Assembly (NCBI GenBank): GCA_012295275.1
Contig: CM022667.1
Span: forward strand, 13,702,001 to 13,766,000
Source of the DNA: Chrysomallon squamiferum
Lineage: Eukaryota; Animalia; Mollusca
Direction: 5' to 3'
Length of the DNA stretch: 64,000 nucleotides
This document shows positions 1 through 14,455 of the stretch, in pieces. The translations under genes and the position numbers were made by a program. The notes under the pieces were generated by a model. That model did no database searches and was not told where the DNA came from. It saw only the letters and a list, made by a program, of their open reading frames with translations. Numbering within the stretch: the stretch's first letter is position 1; each line of letters opens with the position of its first letter.

Positions 1-690
1 GTAATTAGAAGTAGTAGAAGTAGTGGTAGTGGTGTAGTAGTTGTAGTAGCAGCAATTGTAGTAGTAGTAGCAGCAGTGATAGTAGTAGTTGTAGTAGAAG
101 TATTAGTGTTTTTTCTCTCCTTTAGAAGTGAATATTTAATTATGTGTGAACGAAACAAAGGTTTTGGTTGAATTGTCAGTATCAAGTATAACAGAAGCAG
201 TACAGTTGTAATCGGTTCATTTGGTGTTATTTTCTTTGTATTACCTCCCTTGTGCTCGCTATATGTTTATTCTTGTTATAAATATTTAATTTTCAATTTG
301 AATATAGATAGATACGCTTCGTGTGAGTGGACTGAAAAGTATTTAACTTGTTTATAGCTTGAATTCTTTCAACAACATCGGTAGACAGACACACAGAAAC
401 ACAGACGTGCTGTTATTAGCTGTTTTTCATTTCTTCAATATATTCACTTAGATGTATTTTAAACTGATAGTATTTCTCTCTTTTTTTATCCTTTTTTTTT
501 TTTTTTTTTTTTTTTCTGAAGTCACAGTGATCAGAACTGGTAATCATTACTACGTTGATTATTTTTTATATACTAATTTTAACAAGATATTGTGTTTTAT
601 TTGTTCCTTTCGAGTTTTTATTTTTATTATAAAAAGAACATCCCACCTTTTGATCTAATTTGTTTGATCTTTTACTAGCAACTGCTGCAG

Positions 691-885
<195 letters not shown>

Positions 886-1204
886 TGGACATGGCTTCAA
901 AACCCATATTACAATAACAGGGCTACTGATGATGTCAAGAAATATAACATGTACAATGTAGTGAACTGTTAAACAAATAGAACACGTGTAAAATACTGAG
1001 GTGTTGAAGAAATGGAATATTAATAATGTTTAATATATTAACTGGACGAACAGATACATTATATTGATAGTTTAAATGGTGTATTATGACAGGACAGAAA
1101 TACAATTAAGAATAACTAAACACTTTATTGACACGTTTCTGTCAAGTATATATGGGAGAATGGTGGACAAAACACAAGAGGAACATTTGACTATACAAAA
1201 CAGT

Positions 1205-1652
1205 TTCTGAAGCACGTGACACCTGCAGTCAGATAGGTTCAAGACTGATTGTACTGGACACAGAAGAGAAAAAAACAGCTGTTGGTGACTACATCAAAAC
1301 AAACATAGACAGGAACTTGTACATTTACAAACAACTGCTACTTCATCTACTGTACAGCAACACCCCTCCAATCACTACCACTAGTAAACTACTGCTACTA
1401 CTACTGCTACTACTACTGCTACAACTGTTATTTGTCATACTTTTTATGGGTTTTATACAAATATAACAGAAGAAAAGGTGGAAAACAATTTTGTTTCGGA
1501 GAATGGACAAAACGTCCATTTTGAAAAATGGGACAAAAATGAATCCGATAACTACCTGGAAGATTGCGCGATATTAATTCCAACAAGCAAAATGTGGTGT
1601 GACATTAACTGTATACATTCAGTAAATATATATTTGTGAAAAACCGATGTTA
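1205..1652 (+). pseudogene. PAN-CTL copy A: decayed C-type lectin exons 3-4
   Basis: 1205-1308 encodes SEARDTCSQIGSRLIVLDTEEKKTAVGDYIKTNI with the donor lost (ATAG|acagg instead of ATAG|gtagg). ~1441-1652 encodes FYGFYTNITEEKVENNFVSENG...WDKNESDNYLEDCAILIPTSKMWCDINC, then a frameshift before YICEKP. Confidence 0.8.
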
Positions 1653-2207
1653 AAGTCACATGATATTTGTTGAATAAACAACAAAAAGTGTAATTTATTT
1701 ATATATTTGTTTGTTTTATCTATACGTCCATGCGATTAAAAAAATGAAAAATGTAATTATCATTATCACCAACCTGTCATTCATACATTTCTTGATTCAT
1801 TCATTTAAAAAAAAAAAAATTACGTACGCTTATAGCCGCAAAATAAAAAATGAAAAGAACAACAGCAGTAAGAGAAAAGGAATAAACAAATGAGATGTAG
1901 TACAGATATTAAATGATGATTATTTCGTAGAAGAATTAAACAACATTGAAGGGATTAAAAAAAAATATGATCGATGAAAAAATAAAAAATGAAGAAAATA
2001 AAATAAAAACTGTATTAAATTCACAGATAGAGATAGAAACAGAAACTGAACAATAAAAATACAACTAAAGAAGAATTGTTTTTCAGTTTATTTATTTAAC
2101 TGACCTGCATTACAATTCTCATATAAGTCGAAGAAAATGTGCTTGAAGATATGATTTTTTTTTATTATTATTTTTTTGTTGTTGCTCGTCAGGTTCTTAC
2201 GATTAAT

Positions 2208-3159
2208 TTAGAGGTTTTCACATATGTATTTTAAACGTATTTGACAACTAACATGTGCCCATTTTCTTACACCTAATAAAAACACAGTGCAGTATTCAAA
2301 ATCGGAATTATTAGGTTCATTTGCATTCCAGTTTGTATAAATGGCTTTTTCGCCATTCTCCCACACATACTTTTTCTCCTCAACTTCATCAGTTAATCCG
2401 ATGTAAAATCCGTTGAAATTTGACCCTGTAAAACAAATGAATGTAAATGTAGTAATAGTAATAGCAGTAGTAGCGGTGGTATAGGAGTAACAATAGCGAT
2501 GAAGCAGCAATAGCAGAGACAGATGCAGGAAAACAAGTAGAAGTGGAAGCAGTGTTAACAGTAACAGTAGCAGAGCTAGTAAGTAGTATTGTTGTAGTGG
2601 GAGTAGTTACTAAAAAGCATTCACTGCAGACCTTTCCAAAGTGAATAACTGCCAGGGAAAGTATAGTTTTTGTTCATGAAATTTGAGGCAGAATGAAATT
2701 GTGTTTGCTTGAAATTTATTTTTGATAACAGACAAAATCTGCTGGTGTAGGTTTATCGGGTCATACTGCTGTCTGATATCGTTAGAGTATGTAGTCCAAC
2801 GTCATAAGTGCATAGCATGGGGACAGTATTGCGAGGTGAATTTGTATATATTTAAATAGTCAGGATTGGAAGTGAGGCATTTTGGTGAGATAAACATAGA
2901 TAACTGCTGCCAATAGTGATTGTAAAGAGATTTCACTGCAATAGTTCAAGTGGTACTAGATTTCGTATTCATAGCAGTAACAGTTGTAGCAGTCGTTAAG
3001 GTAGTAGTAATACTAATTGTAGTAGCAGCAATAGAAGTGACAGAAAAAGTAGTAGTAGTAGCAGTAGCAATGGCAGTTATTGTTGTCGTAGTAGTTGTAG
3101 TAGTAATAGTAATACTACTGATCAAATGAAACAAACACATAAATAAATAAATAAACAAA

Positions 3160-3190
<31 letters not shown>

Positions 3191-4317
3191 AAATAAATAA
3201 AAAGGTAAATAAGAAAACAGCAGACACACCTATGTTTGAGAGGTAGCTCGACAAAATTCTGTTTTTTTCTTCCGTGTCTAACACGATCAGTCTTGATCCC
3301 AGCTGGCCGCAAGCAACACGTGCCTCAGCAAATGTTTCAGGATCTTCAGACAACTTGAAGCACAGTGTTCCCCAAAACACGAAACCCTCATCAATCGGAC
3401 AGAAATCTATGAAACGAAAACAACTATATAACAGTCACTACAATAATATTTTTATATACATAATTATGCACACATAGTTACCGCCGTTATCACCACAAAA
3501 TTTAAAAAAAATAAAAAAATCAGACGATTACAATATAATGTAAAATTCATACTGTCACGATAGAAACATAAAATTCATTTCACTACCATACAAAGATAAA
3601 ATTTTAGCTGTTGCCATAAAAAGATGAAGTTGAACATAATGTTATTCAAAGATCAAATTCAAACAGCTAGTATATAGAGAAAACGATTCAAATGAGACTG
3701 TTGCCAAGCAAAATAAAAAATTCAGAATGTTACCACTGAAAAGTCAGATTATTATTATTATTATAATACAAAGGTTAAATTTAGCGTGCTACCTGAAGGA
3801 ATGTAATAGTGCTTCCAGTTTGCCGTGTCAGACGTACTGACGTAAGTACCAACCCTCACAGAATAATGGCGACATTTTCCGTTGTAGTAGGCAAACGAAG
3901 GCATTCAGGATTCTTGGTGCAGTCAGAGCCACAGTGCATCATGGTCTTGACGCCAGTGGCTTCGTATATTTCAGCGTTAGGTGCAGTGAAGTAATCATAT
4001 TTTTGTTTCTCAATCCAAATCCATCTTGTTCCAATGCAACTTCAATGACAGTAAAATAAAACTATTTTCATTACTTGTATTAAATAGTGACATTTAGTAA
4101 GATATAATTCAGTTGATGACGTTAATCTGTTTTTCCTTCTATCACTTCATCCACTCATTTACCGTATATGTCTATTTGTCTATACGCATACATCCAAACT
4201 ATTATTCTATTTTAACATAAATAAAAAGTGTACGTATATTTATACATACCTGTCTGCCATTTTAGAACACACGAAAACAGCTGACAACAGCACAAACTGG
4301 AGGAAAGTGTTTTGCAT
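2208..4317 (-). CDS. PAN-CTL copy B: secreted PAN/Apple + C-type lectin protein, 4 exons, one apparent 1-nt frameshift
   Basis: Exons 4317-4250 (signal MQNTFLQFVLLSAVFVCSKMAD; in-frame upstream ATG at 4332), 4039-3793 (PAN: HCGSDCTKNPEC.SFAYYNGKCRHY), 3406-3230 (FCPIDEGFVFWGTLCFKLSEDPETFAEARVACGQLGSRLIVLD), 2425-2208 (FYIGLTD...WENG...WNANEPNN..EYC...WAHVSC..KYICENL*). All introns GT-AG. Exon 2 is 247 nt against 248 in paralogs (deletion near 3898). Confidence 0.85.
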
Positions 4318-5795
4318 TATGTCTAAATACATTTTTAGTGAAGAAAACGACGAAGTGAACAGGTCGTAATAAATATCAATGTTTGAGCTGATCGTAAGTC
4401 AAAATTCACCAAGCATCGATTAGCAGCTTTAACATGAAACGTTGCTGCACTGTATTTAATTTTTAATGCACAACTGAAGGCTTGTTTTACATCTATTTAT
4501 TTTTTAATCAATAATCGTAAAGTATATGTTTATATATATATATATGTATGTATGTGTGTGTGTGTGTAAATATATTTTATTAACTAGATAAATGCGGTAT
4601 GAACGTACGCATGTATGAATGTATCTATGGGCGTATGTTAATGTATTAAATTGACGGATGTTTTCAGTTTTTGGTTTTTCATGATATATACCAGATAATT
4701 TCTATCTAATTAAGTTTATAGATTTTTCATGAAAGTATTTTCCTGAAATAGGTAAACTAATTTATTTGTCATATGTGAGAGGAATCCTTTTTGATTAGCA
4801 ACTAAGGATGTTTTATTATTATTATCTTTCTGAGATTGAAATAATCAATAGGGGCCGATGCGGACAGTTGATCCTGGGAACTGTTATAACCAGGTTCTAT
4901 ACGGAATGAACCACACTGCACGTAAAACATGCAACAACCAGCAGCAGTGACAAATGCGACAGAAACCTGTTTATTCGTTTATGACAAGTGTTTGTTTATT
5001 CCCTAGTACAAAATTTTGTATTGTACATTTCTGAAAATGTTCTGACAGTCATATTACTCACTGTTGTTGAATAAATGTTTTTTTTTTTTTTTCCCTAGTA
5101 CAAGAATTTGTTAAATTTGTTATCGTCTTTGCGTACACTTCTCACTTACTAAGCAATAAAAATCTATATTTTTCTGGTAGGTCACAGTAGTACTCTCTGT
5201 TGGCAATAAATATTTTCAGACGTCAAACTCAAAATTTTGCCAAACAATGAATGTGTTTGCCTTTATATATTAAAATAAATACAGCAGAAACAAAAAACAC
5301 GAGAATAAAAAAAAATGAGAGATAAAAGTAAAACAGAGGAATAACCGTCAGAAATACAACTCATCAAAAAACAAACAAAGAATGCAACAAAAGAAAATAA
5401 CAGAATTCTATTTGACACAACTGACTGCTTTCAAACCAGATATCGGTTTACATTGATTCATTGATTTTGTATGCATTTACACCTCTCTCTGAATGATTAA
5501 ATATTGAATTTCAAGCATAAACTGTGAATAATAATGACTTGCTCTGTTGTATTATTAAAAGATCTCTAGTTATAACAGGTTTTGCTAAAATATTTTTTAT
5601 TAGGACTCTATATTTGATAATCATTATTAGTCTAAGTTTCACGGAGTTTCATTTGTTATATTAACTGAACTGACAGTTGTAAATAGAAAAGTTAACAGTT
5701 AAGATGAAAACCTTTCTCATGAAAGAAATCTGGGTTTTGGCTCTATTTGTGGATTATAAAAGTGCAGAAAGGTACATATAAATATGCTTACAGAC

Positions 5796-5907
<112 letters not shown>

Positions 5908-6223
5908 TATCTTGTTACTGTTTCACTATTATCATCATCATCATTGGTAATCTTCAAAATCTAGTTGTTAAATTTGTAATATTGCTGTGCATGTCTACCC
6001 CTTGTTATCAAGTTTAAGTCAGTATTCTGATTCTGTTTTTGTTCTTTTCTTTCAATGCTGTCATTTTGTTGTTGTTTTATTCGTGGGGTTTTTCAGGTTT
6101 TTTTTTCAGAAATATCTGGGAACAGAAGTAACGTTCTTAAAATTAGGATATCAACCTCTATTTTGATTATAAAAACACACATATCTATTCTTTGTTTTAC
6201 TAGATGTTTTATTAATAACTGCA

Positions 6224-6745
6224 GGAGCACCCGTTCATCTGTTTGGATTAGAAATCTAAATTTTAACGATGTCGATGTAAACTATGGGCTCCTATCTTCT
6301 CTAGATGGAATTACAAACGCTGAGGCTTATGGGATACGATGTGCTTGAGATTTTCAAATTACAACAGTTACTCCAAATCACCTGGCTGGAAATATTTCTA
6401 TTTGAATGCAGGTAACGTAGATTTATTTGTTTATTCGTTAGTACTATACTAGTTATTACTGATTTTATTTTAATATTATTAATATAATTTTTGTTTTCTT
6501 ATATATTTAATTGTTCCAGATGATAAGAGTAGAGTTGGATCTTGAATAACTTTCGACTGTTATGATTTACACACAAAGATGCACAGACATACATAACTTT
6601 TATACGTAGATACCTCACCGAAAATTGTATGTGTACTTATATGAATAAATAAATAAACACATAAATATATAAGTACATGCATAAAATTGCATAAGCATAT
6701 AACAATAACAACAACAATAACAACAACAACAACAACAACAACAAC

Positions 6746-6836
<91 letters not shown>

Positions 6837-7236
6837 GTAAATCAATTAGTTGTTAAGAAGCACGTTATTTGTAATGAAAAAATCATTTTAAATATCTAAG
6901 ACGTGAAAGAAAGAAATTAACTGTTTTACAGGTTCATGTCCAGTAGAAGACGGGTTTGTGTTCTTGGACGAAGTGCATCTGTGTATGAAGGCTTTTGTGG
7001 ATAAGAAAACATTTTCTCAAGCACGTGGCGCCTGCAGTCAGATAGGTTCAAGACTGATTGTACTGGACTCAAAAGAGAAAAAACACAGCTGTTGGTGACT
7101 ACATCCAAGCAAACATAGGTAGGAATTGAAATAATCTTCTACCACATATAGAATTTATCTCTGCAATTGTAAATAAAACATTCGCTTTAAAATTATTGTT
7201 GTTGTTGTTGTTCTTCTTCTTGTTGTTCTTTTTCTT

Positions 7237-7267
<31 letters not shown>

Positions 7268-7574
7268 TTATTATTATTAGTAGTAGTAGTAGTACTGTTG
7301 TAGCTTTTGTTGTCTTTGTTGTTACTATTATTATTGTTGTTCTTTTATCGTTATTGTTTTATTAATACTGTTTATATCATTATACAAATACAGAGGAACG
7401 TTTGTACATCGGACTGACTGATGAAGTTACAGAAGACGTGTATGTTTGGTATTTCAGCAGTTCAGGCAGTGTTTTTCATTTGAGGACTGTATTATTTTAT
7501 ATTTTCCGTTGAACACATGGCATGATGTCGAATGTTCCCGAAGTCAGAATTACATTTGTGAGAAATCAGTGTGA
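6224..7574 (+). pseudogene. PAN-CTL copy C pseudogene (exons 2-4, no exon 1 found)
   Basis: Exon 2 (~6224-6411) has an internal deletion of about 60 nt after GIRCA. Exon 3 (6932-7118) has an extra A in the EKN codons. Exon 4 (~7388-7574) has a mutated acceptor and deletions but keeps YIGLTDEVTEDVYVW and WHDVEC..NYICEK. Confidence 0.85.
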
Positions 7575-8258
7575 TTTTCTAGATTGTCAGAAATCGATTG
7601 TTTTCTGTATTATCACAAACAAAATGTAATATTAAAATCAGTTTTGTCAGTTCTTAATACTTGATGAATGAGCAGTGTTTATAAATGACAACGACGTTGG
7701 TGATGATTATGATTATAATGATCATGACGATAATGATAAATGTCATGTTACTGTTCAATGTCTCATGATTGTCATCATGCTGTTTCCTCTGTCATTAATG
7801 AAAAGAAGATTTTATTTAAAAATAGGAATCAGCAATTTCTAAAAAAAAAAGCGTTTTACCGAGGACGGCCAAAGGCCGTTCGCATTTTGACAAACATCAA
7901 CATAGCAGCACTGAAATGTCACTCTCTTGAAAACCAACAAATATTACCCCAGCTATATTGATTTACATTATTCCATTGATTCTTTGTCAGTATATATCAT
8001 CTGCATGAACTACCAAGAAGAAAAAAAAAATAATAAACGAACATGATATCGTATGATGGCATTAACTGATTTCTCGAGTTTCATGTTGTTCTTATTAATG
8101 CAACACAAAACACAATAACGTCGTGGTATTCTGAATACGAACTTGCTTCTATTGTAAACATGAACAGTGTTTAATCGGAACCAAATACAGATACACACAG
8201 CGTGGTACAAATTATTACACTGGTTAATTTGGTTGAAATTCGTTCATTTTTGCGAGAG

Positions 8259-10190
8259 ATGCATTACTCACGATATATTTTGTTGGTAGCGTTTGTAATC
8301 TGTTGCCATAGTAACGAGAGGTATGTAATATTCTGTGTTATTATATTGCTAACTACTGAGGAAAGAGACAAGATAAAATGTACAACAAAGTTCTGTGATA
8401 TTGCAATAAGAGAAATGTATTGTTATAAAACAAAATCAAACCGAATGGAAATTAACTTTTCATTGTTTGATTTTAATTTTCTTTAATAATAATAATAGTA
8501 ATAATAATAATAATAATAATGATAATAATGATAATAATAATAATAATAATAATCAATATTTAAAATTTAAAAAAAATATATTTTCTTATAGAAAAATAAA
8601 AGTATAGACTTTATAGAAACAGGAACAAGATTCATACAGAAAGAGCCTAAGCAAATAAGAATTATATAAAATGTATTGGTTTGAGAAGGCGTCCGAGTAA
8701 ATTTCAGATTGCTGAGTTGAATTTATTTATATCTCTTCACAGAATAATAACAAGAACAATGACAACAACAAAACATACTAAAGAAATTAAATTAAAATAA
8801 GTACCATGAAAGAAAAAACTAAGAAACAAGTAAAACAAAAGAGTAATAATCAAAGTAAAACCTATCAAAAAATTTAAATAAAACAAAATAAATAAATAAA
8901 TAATATAAAAGCGAACAAACTAACAAAAGAAAAAACCAAACAAAAACACAGAAAAATAATCCAATAAAAAAAAGGAAAAAAACAAAAACAAAACAAAAAC
9001 AGTAAAGGAAAACGATGAAGGAAAGAAGAAAACATAATCTGTATAAAATTACATTTGATACAACTGTCTGTTGTGAAACATTGATTTATTCATTTTGTAT
9101 ACATTTGCATTCCTCTCTGAATGATTTCAAATTAAATTCCAAATTTAGTCAGTATCATAATTACCATAATGTTAGTCTCAGTCGTTGATGTAAACACAGG
9201 CGAAGGTGTTGTTGACGTTGATTTTTTTTATGACATTTGAGATGATGTCAACTTTTCCGGTGATTGTGTGTTTTGTATTTATATTTATTGATTACGAGAT
9301 AGTGTCGAATGTTATAAAATGTAGTCATTAAAAATTAATTCATTTGAGTGATTACAACAATTATACTGAACGTTTTCATGTCCTTCGGCTTAATTCCACA
9401 TTTTGTTAAAGTTAAATTTCTGTCTAAAAGTTTTCTGTTTTAACTGTTTCTAAGAACTAATGTTTAACTAATTAGCAGCGTAAGTTTCACGGAGTTTCAT
9501 TTGTGTTAAGAGCCAAAATGAAAACCTTTCTCATCAAAAGAACGTGGGATGTAGCAGAGAGACAGAGAGAGAGACATAGAGAGTACACATTATTGCTATC
9601 ATTATAGTTTCGCATTGCAATCTTGCTGTGCATGGCTACCCCTCGTTATCAGGTTTCACTCAGTATTTTTATTGTGTTTTTGTTCTTTTGTTCTTTTGTT
9701 TCTTTGTTTTTGTTTTTTTTTTAGAAAGATTCTCGGATTAATTCAAATTCGGCTGCAGACCTCTTTTTATTAATTCGTAGTAAAAGTCACGTGTTGTGAA
9801 CAATTAGGACGTCAACCTCTGTTTTGATTACGAAAACACATCAACTTTACTGAAAATACTTCTTACTTATCTTTTAATATATATATAGACATTTACTAGA
9901 TGTTTTATTATTAATTGTAGGAGCACCCGTTCATCTGTTTGGATTAGAAATGTAAATTTTAACGATGTCGATGTAAACGATGGGCTCCTATCTTCTCTAG
10001 ATGGAATTACAAGTCCGGTGTTTTGTGGGATACGATGTGCAGATAACTCTATCTGTAAATCGTTTTCATACAATGTGCGTGGTGTTTGTCGACTCCATCT
10101 CTTGAGATATTCAAATTACAACAGTTACTCTAAATCACCTGGCTGGAACTACTTCTACCTTTCTGCAGGTAGTATAGGATTTATTTATTT

Positions 10191-10230
<40 letters not shown>

Positions 10231-10505
10231 TTTGTTTGTTTGTTTTCTTCTTTGTTTTTTAGTATTAATGCTATTCATCTGATTTTATAGTTGTTCTGAA
10301 TTGTTTAGACTATTATTACTATTACTGTTATTACTGTTATTATTATTATTATTTTTATTTTTCAACTGGATATTTAACTCTCACAAATGATAACAACAGG
10401 GTACGGTCTTGAAATATTTTCCTCTGTTATGATTTATCGGCATAGATACATCACATACACACACACACACACACAGACACAGACACACCTATACGTACCT
10501 ACTTA

Positions 10506-10541
<36 letters not shown>

Positions 10542-11200
10542 TACATAAAATTGCATAACCATATAACAATAATAATAATAATAAGAAGAAGAACGAGAAG
10601 AAGAAGAATTAATCAGTCAATTGTTTGAATATACTTATATGTATGTATATACATTTACACACACTTAAACATACGTATATAAAATTGCATAAATATATAA
10701 TATTAATAACATCAACAATAAGAATAATAATAATAACAAAAACAAGAACAAGTAAAAGAGAATTAGTTCTTTGAATACACATTATTTGCAATGATGAAAT
10801 CACACCTGGCACGAACAAATTAACTGTTTTATTCTCACAGGTTCATGTCCAGTAGAAGACGGGTTTGTGTACTTGGACGAAGTGCTTCTGTGTATGAAGG
10901 TTTCTGTTGAAAAGAAAACATTTTCTCAGTTTCATTAATACTATTTATATTATTATGCAGATACAGATGAATATTTGTACATGGGACTGACTGATGAAGT
11001 TACAGAAGACGTTTTGTATATTTGGGAGAACGGAGTTCAGGCACTGAATTTTTACATGGGACTGACAACTGGGGGAACTGGTGAACCCTCACAATAATAA
11101 TTTGAACGAGGACTGTATTATTTTACGTTTTCCGTTGAACACATGGCATGATGTCGACTGTTCCCGAAGTCAAAATTACATTTGTGAGAAACCAGTGTAA
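8259..11200 (+). pseudogene. PAN-CTL copy D: intact signal and PAN exons, disrupted lectin domain
   Basis: Exon 1 8259-8320 (MHYSRYILLVAFVICCHSNER) and exon 2 9921-10168 (248 nt, open; FCGIRCADNSICKSFSYNVRGVCRLH) are intact. Exon 3 from 10841 is cut by a deletion and reaches TAA at 10936-10938. Exon 4 (~10961-11200) has an insertion, frameshifts and stops. Confidence 0.85.
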
Positions 11201-11840
11201 TATTTTTACATTGTGAGAAACCATTTGTTTTCTGTTTTAACATGTAAATAAAACAAACACAAAAATCAGTTTAGTCAATACTTGATGAATCAGTAATATA
11301 TAAATGACGATCATAATTATGATTTTTATAATGATCGTGTCGATAACGATATTGGTCATGTTGACTTTTATTAAATGAAATTAGTAGTCTACTGTAGAAA
11401 TTACTATTTTCTTTCTGGTCATGTTCATCATTATCATCATCCTCATCATCGTCAGCATCAACATCATCGTGAAGTCCCAAGGAAAATGAAATATATTAAA
11501 TGATAAGTTCCAGTATTTTTGCCTCACGAAGATGTTACGAGTTATTTCTGAACGGTCAGAAGATGTTTCTAGAACAAACTAGTGTTTAATGACCAGCAAG
11601 CTGAGTGCATCACTGATGTTTGTGTGAGCTAAGTCTGACTACTGTAGTAAATAGTTACTGATCATTGTATGAAAATGAATACAAGTTTACTTAACGCATT
11701 CTGTAAAATGATAATCGTTCATAAGTTTCTTAGTTTCAAATTTGTGTAAATAAGATTGAAAAAAAAACAAAAAAAAAACCGTAAAAATAATTTAAAAAAT
11801 AAATAAGTAAAATTGAATAAATAATAACTAATAATTATAA

Positions 11841-11892
<52 letters not shown>

Positions 11893-12262
11893 GCAAAGCA
11901 TATGTGTAGGTTACAATGCTACAGCAAAGTTTTTCGATTACAGTGTTTTGTATTTTATTAGAAGTCATTTTATCGGATCACTACGATGCCAAAAATTGAC
12001 TTTCGTTGGAAAACGAGGAAAACCATTCATGTACAGAAAGGGAAACAATTCTAATTGTGTGACGTCAATAGCTAGGTTTAAATATTTCTGACCACATTAT
12101 GAACAGTGATTTGAATTTGAATAGCAAAAAATAAAAAGAAGCCAAAAATAAAATTAAAAAAGCGTTCAAACAAGATTCTGTAACATATCTACTTGACGAT
12201 TAAAATAAATACTTTGAGGAAAGATAGAACCATGGATATGGCAATTTACAAAAATTCAAGAT

Positions 12263-12367
<105 letters not shown>

Positions 12368-13738
12368 ATTAATTAATTAATTAATTAATCAATAGTGCCA
12401 CTAAGAACAACAAAATAAAATATCGGAAATGATTGTAATCAAACGAAGATGAACTTCTCATATACTGAAAGTTGGACCTAAATTTAATGCTCGCGAAAAA
12501 GACAAAATACAAACCCCGGCGTTCTTCGTAGGAATCGACGGTTACCGTCGATTATTGAACAAATTTGTATTTGATTTTTTAACTTTGTCTTAGTGGCCGA
12601 GTGGTATCATCATACGTCCTCTATTCATTCAAGCTGAGTATTGTCAGAAACCAATGTAACTTTGTTGCATTGTCAGAGACCAGTGTGTTATTGTATACTG
12701 TTCTGTATTACTGTTGTAAATAAAACTAACAAAATCCGTACACCGAATCAGTTTATAAATGACGACTACACTTATTGTGGTGATGATTATAATAACGGTT
12801 ATCATGATGATGGTTATGACGAGGTTCATTAAATTAAAATAGTTGTCTCACAGAAAATTATTCATTTCGTGATCATCATAACCATCATTTCGTCAACAGT
12901 ATTTCAGGAAATAAAAATTAAGAACAGGAACAGCTGTAAACAAAAATCGCAATCAATGTTCAACATAATACAGGAAGAAGCTGACTATAATTATGGATAT
13001 TAGCAAATTTTGAACAATGGACCTTCGTCAAAACACTAATAATATAAAAATTATCAAGAGCAACAACAGTATCAACGGAAACGGCAGTATCAAACAGAAT
13101 TTAACTGCCCCTGTACTCATATCTGAACCTAAAATTAATGCTTGTAAAACTGAGGAAATACAAAGAATGGCGTGCTTTGTAGGAAGCGATTATTACGGTT
13201 ACTGAGCAACATTTTTATGGTTATCTTGATGGCGGTGTGTATCGTCTTCCACTCACTATTCATTCGTAAATACATAGATACAGATATCTATACATACTGT
13301 GTTATTTTATCAGTATATTTTTACGTTAGAAAATATCAACAAAACACATCGGAAATGTCAGATATATTAACTGGCAGTATAATTACGTTATTGTTAAAAT
13401 TATGTGAAATACCTAAAGAATTAAAAATAAAATGCACGAGCTTTTCCAAAACTCTGACTATAAAGTAAACATGAAAGTATAAAAAATAACCAAAAAAAAA
13501 TATTTCACCTCATCTGGAAAGTTTAAAATTACTTTTAATATTTTATATAACTTCTCTTTTTCAGTATTTGTTGTACAGAGCAGGTTATAGCAAAATGTCG
13601 AGAAGACGTCTCATCTGAATTTAGATCAATTATTATTATTATTATTATTATTATTGTTGTTGCTGTTGTTGTTGTTGCTGCTGCTCTTCTTTATTTTTTT
13701 TTAATGTTTTTGTTATTGTTGTTGATGTTTATTTTCAT

Positions 13739-13785
13739 CCGTTCAAGTATTTGGTTTAGAAATCTAATATTGGAACACATTGATT
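13739..13785 (+). pseudogene. Short remnant of the PAN exon 5' end
   Basis: Reads RSSIWFRNLILEHID, similar to RSSVWIRNLNFNDVD of copies C/D. An inverted counterpart lies at ~35462-35505. Confidence 0.5.
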
Positions 13786-13954
13786 TATTGATTTTGTACA
13801 CATTTACACCCGTCTCTGAATGGTTAAAAATTAAATTCCGACTGTGAACTTTGAATAATAATGACTTGTTCTGTTGTTTATTAAAAATACCATATACTAC
13901 AAAAGAAAATTATATTTAGTAAATATCAACATTAATAACATGTCAGTGATGATC

Positions 13955-14154
13955 NNNNNNNNNNNNNNNNNNNNNNNNNNNNNNNNNNNNNNNNNNNNNN
14001 NNNNNNNNNNNNNNNNNNNNNNNNNNNNNNNNNNNNNNNNNNNNNNNNNNNNNNNNNNNNNNNNNNNNNNNNNNNNNNNNNNNNNNNNNNNNNNNNNNNN
14101 NNNNNNNNNNNNNNNNNNNNNNNNNNNNNNNNNNNNNNNNNNNNNNNNNNNNNN
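13955..14154. other. Assembly gap (200 N)
   Basis: Run of N directly before the 460-bp array. Confidence 0.99.
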
Positions 14155-14418
14155 TCAAAATACAGTTTCATAATTTATTTATTTGTTTACTTATTTATTT
14201 ATTAAATGCTCTCTACTTTGCTTGTTGTTGTTATCATAAAAAATTCAGTAAATAAAATAATGTATTGTGTCAGTTGATAGAATGGGTTTTTAATATCAGC
14301 ATTTATTATTTCTTTTGTATTTTATTAACATTCTGATGTTTATTTACTATGAAATTTTCTGGCAATTTTTAACTAATTCAATTTTGTTTCTTTTACTATT
14401 CAGTACCAAATGTCTCTC

Positions 14419-14455
<37 letters not shown>

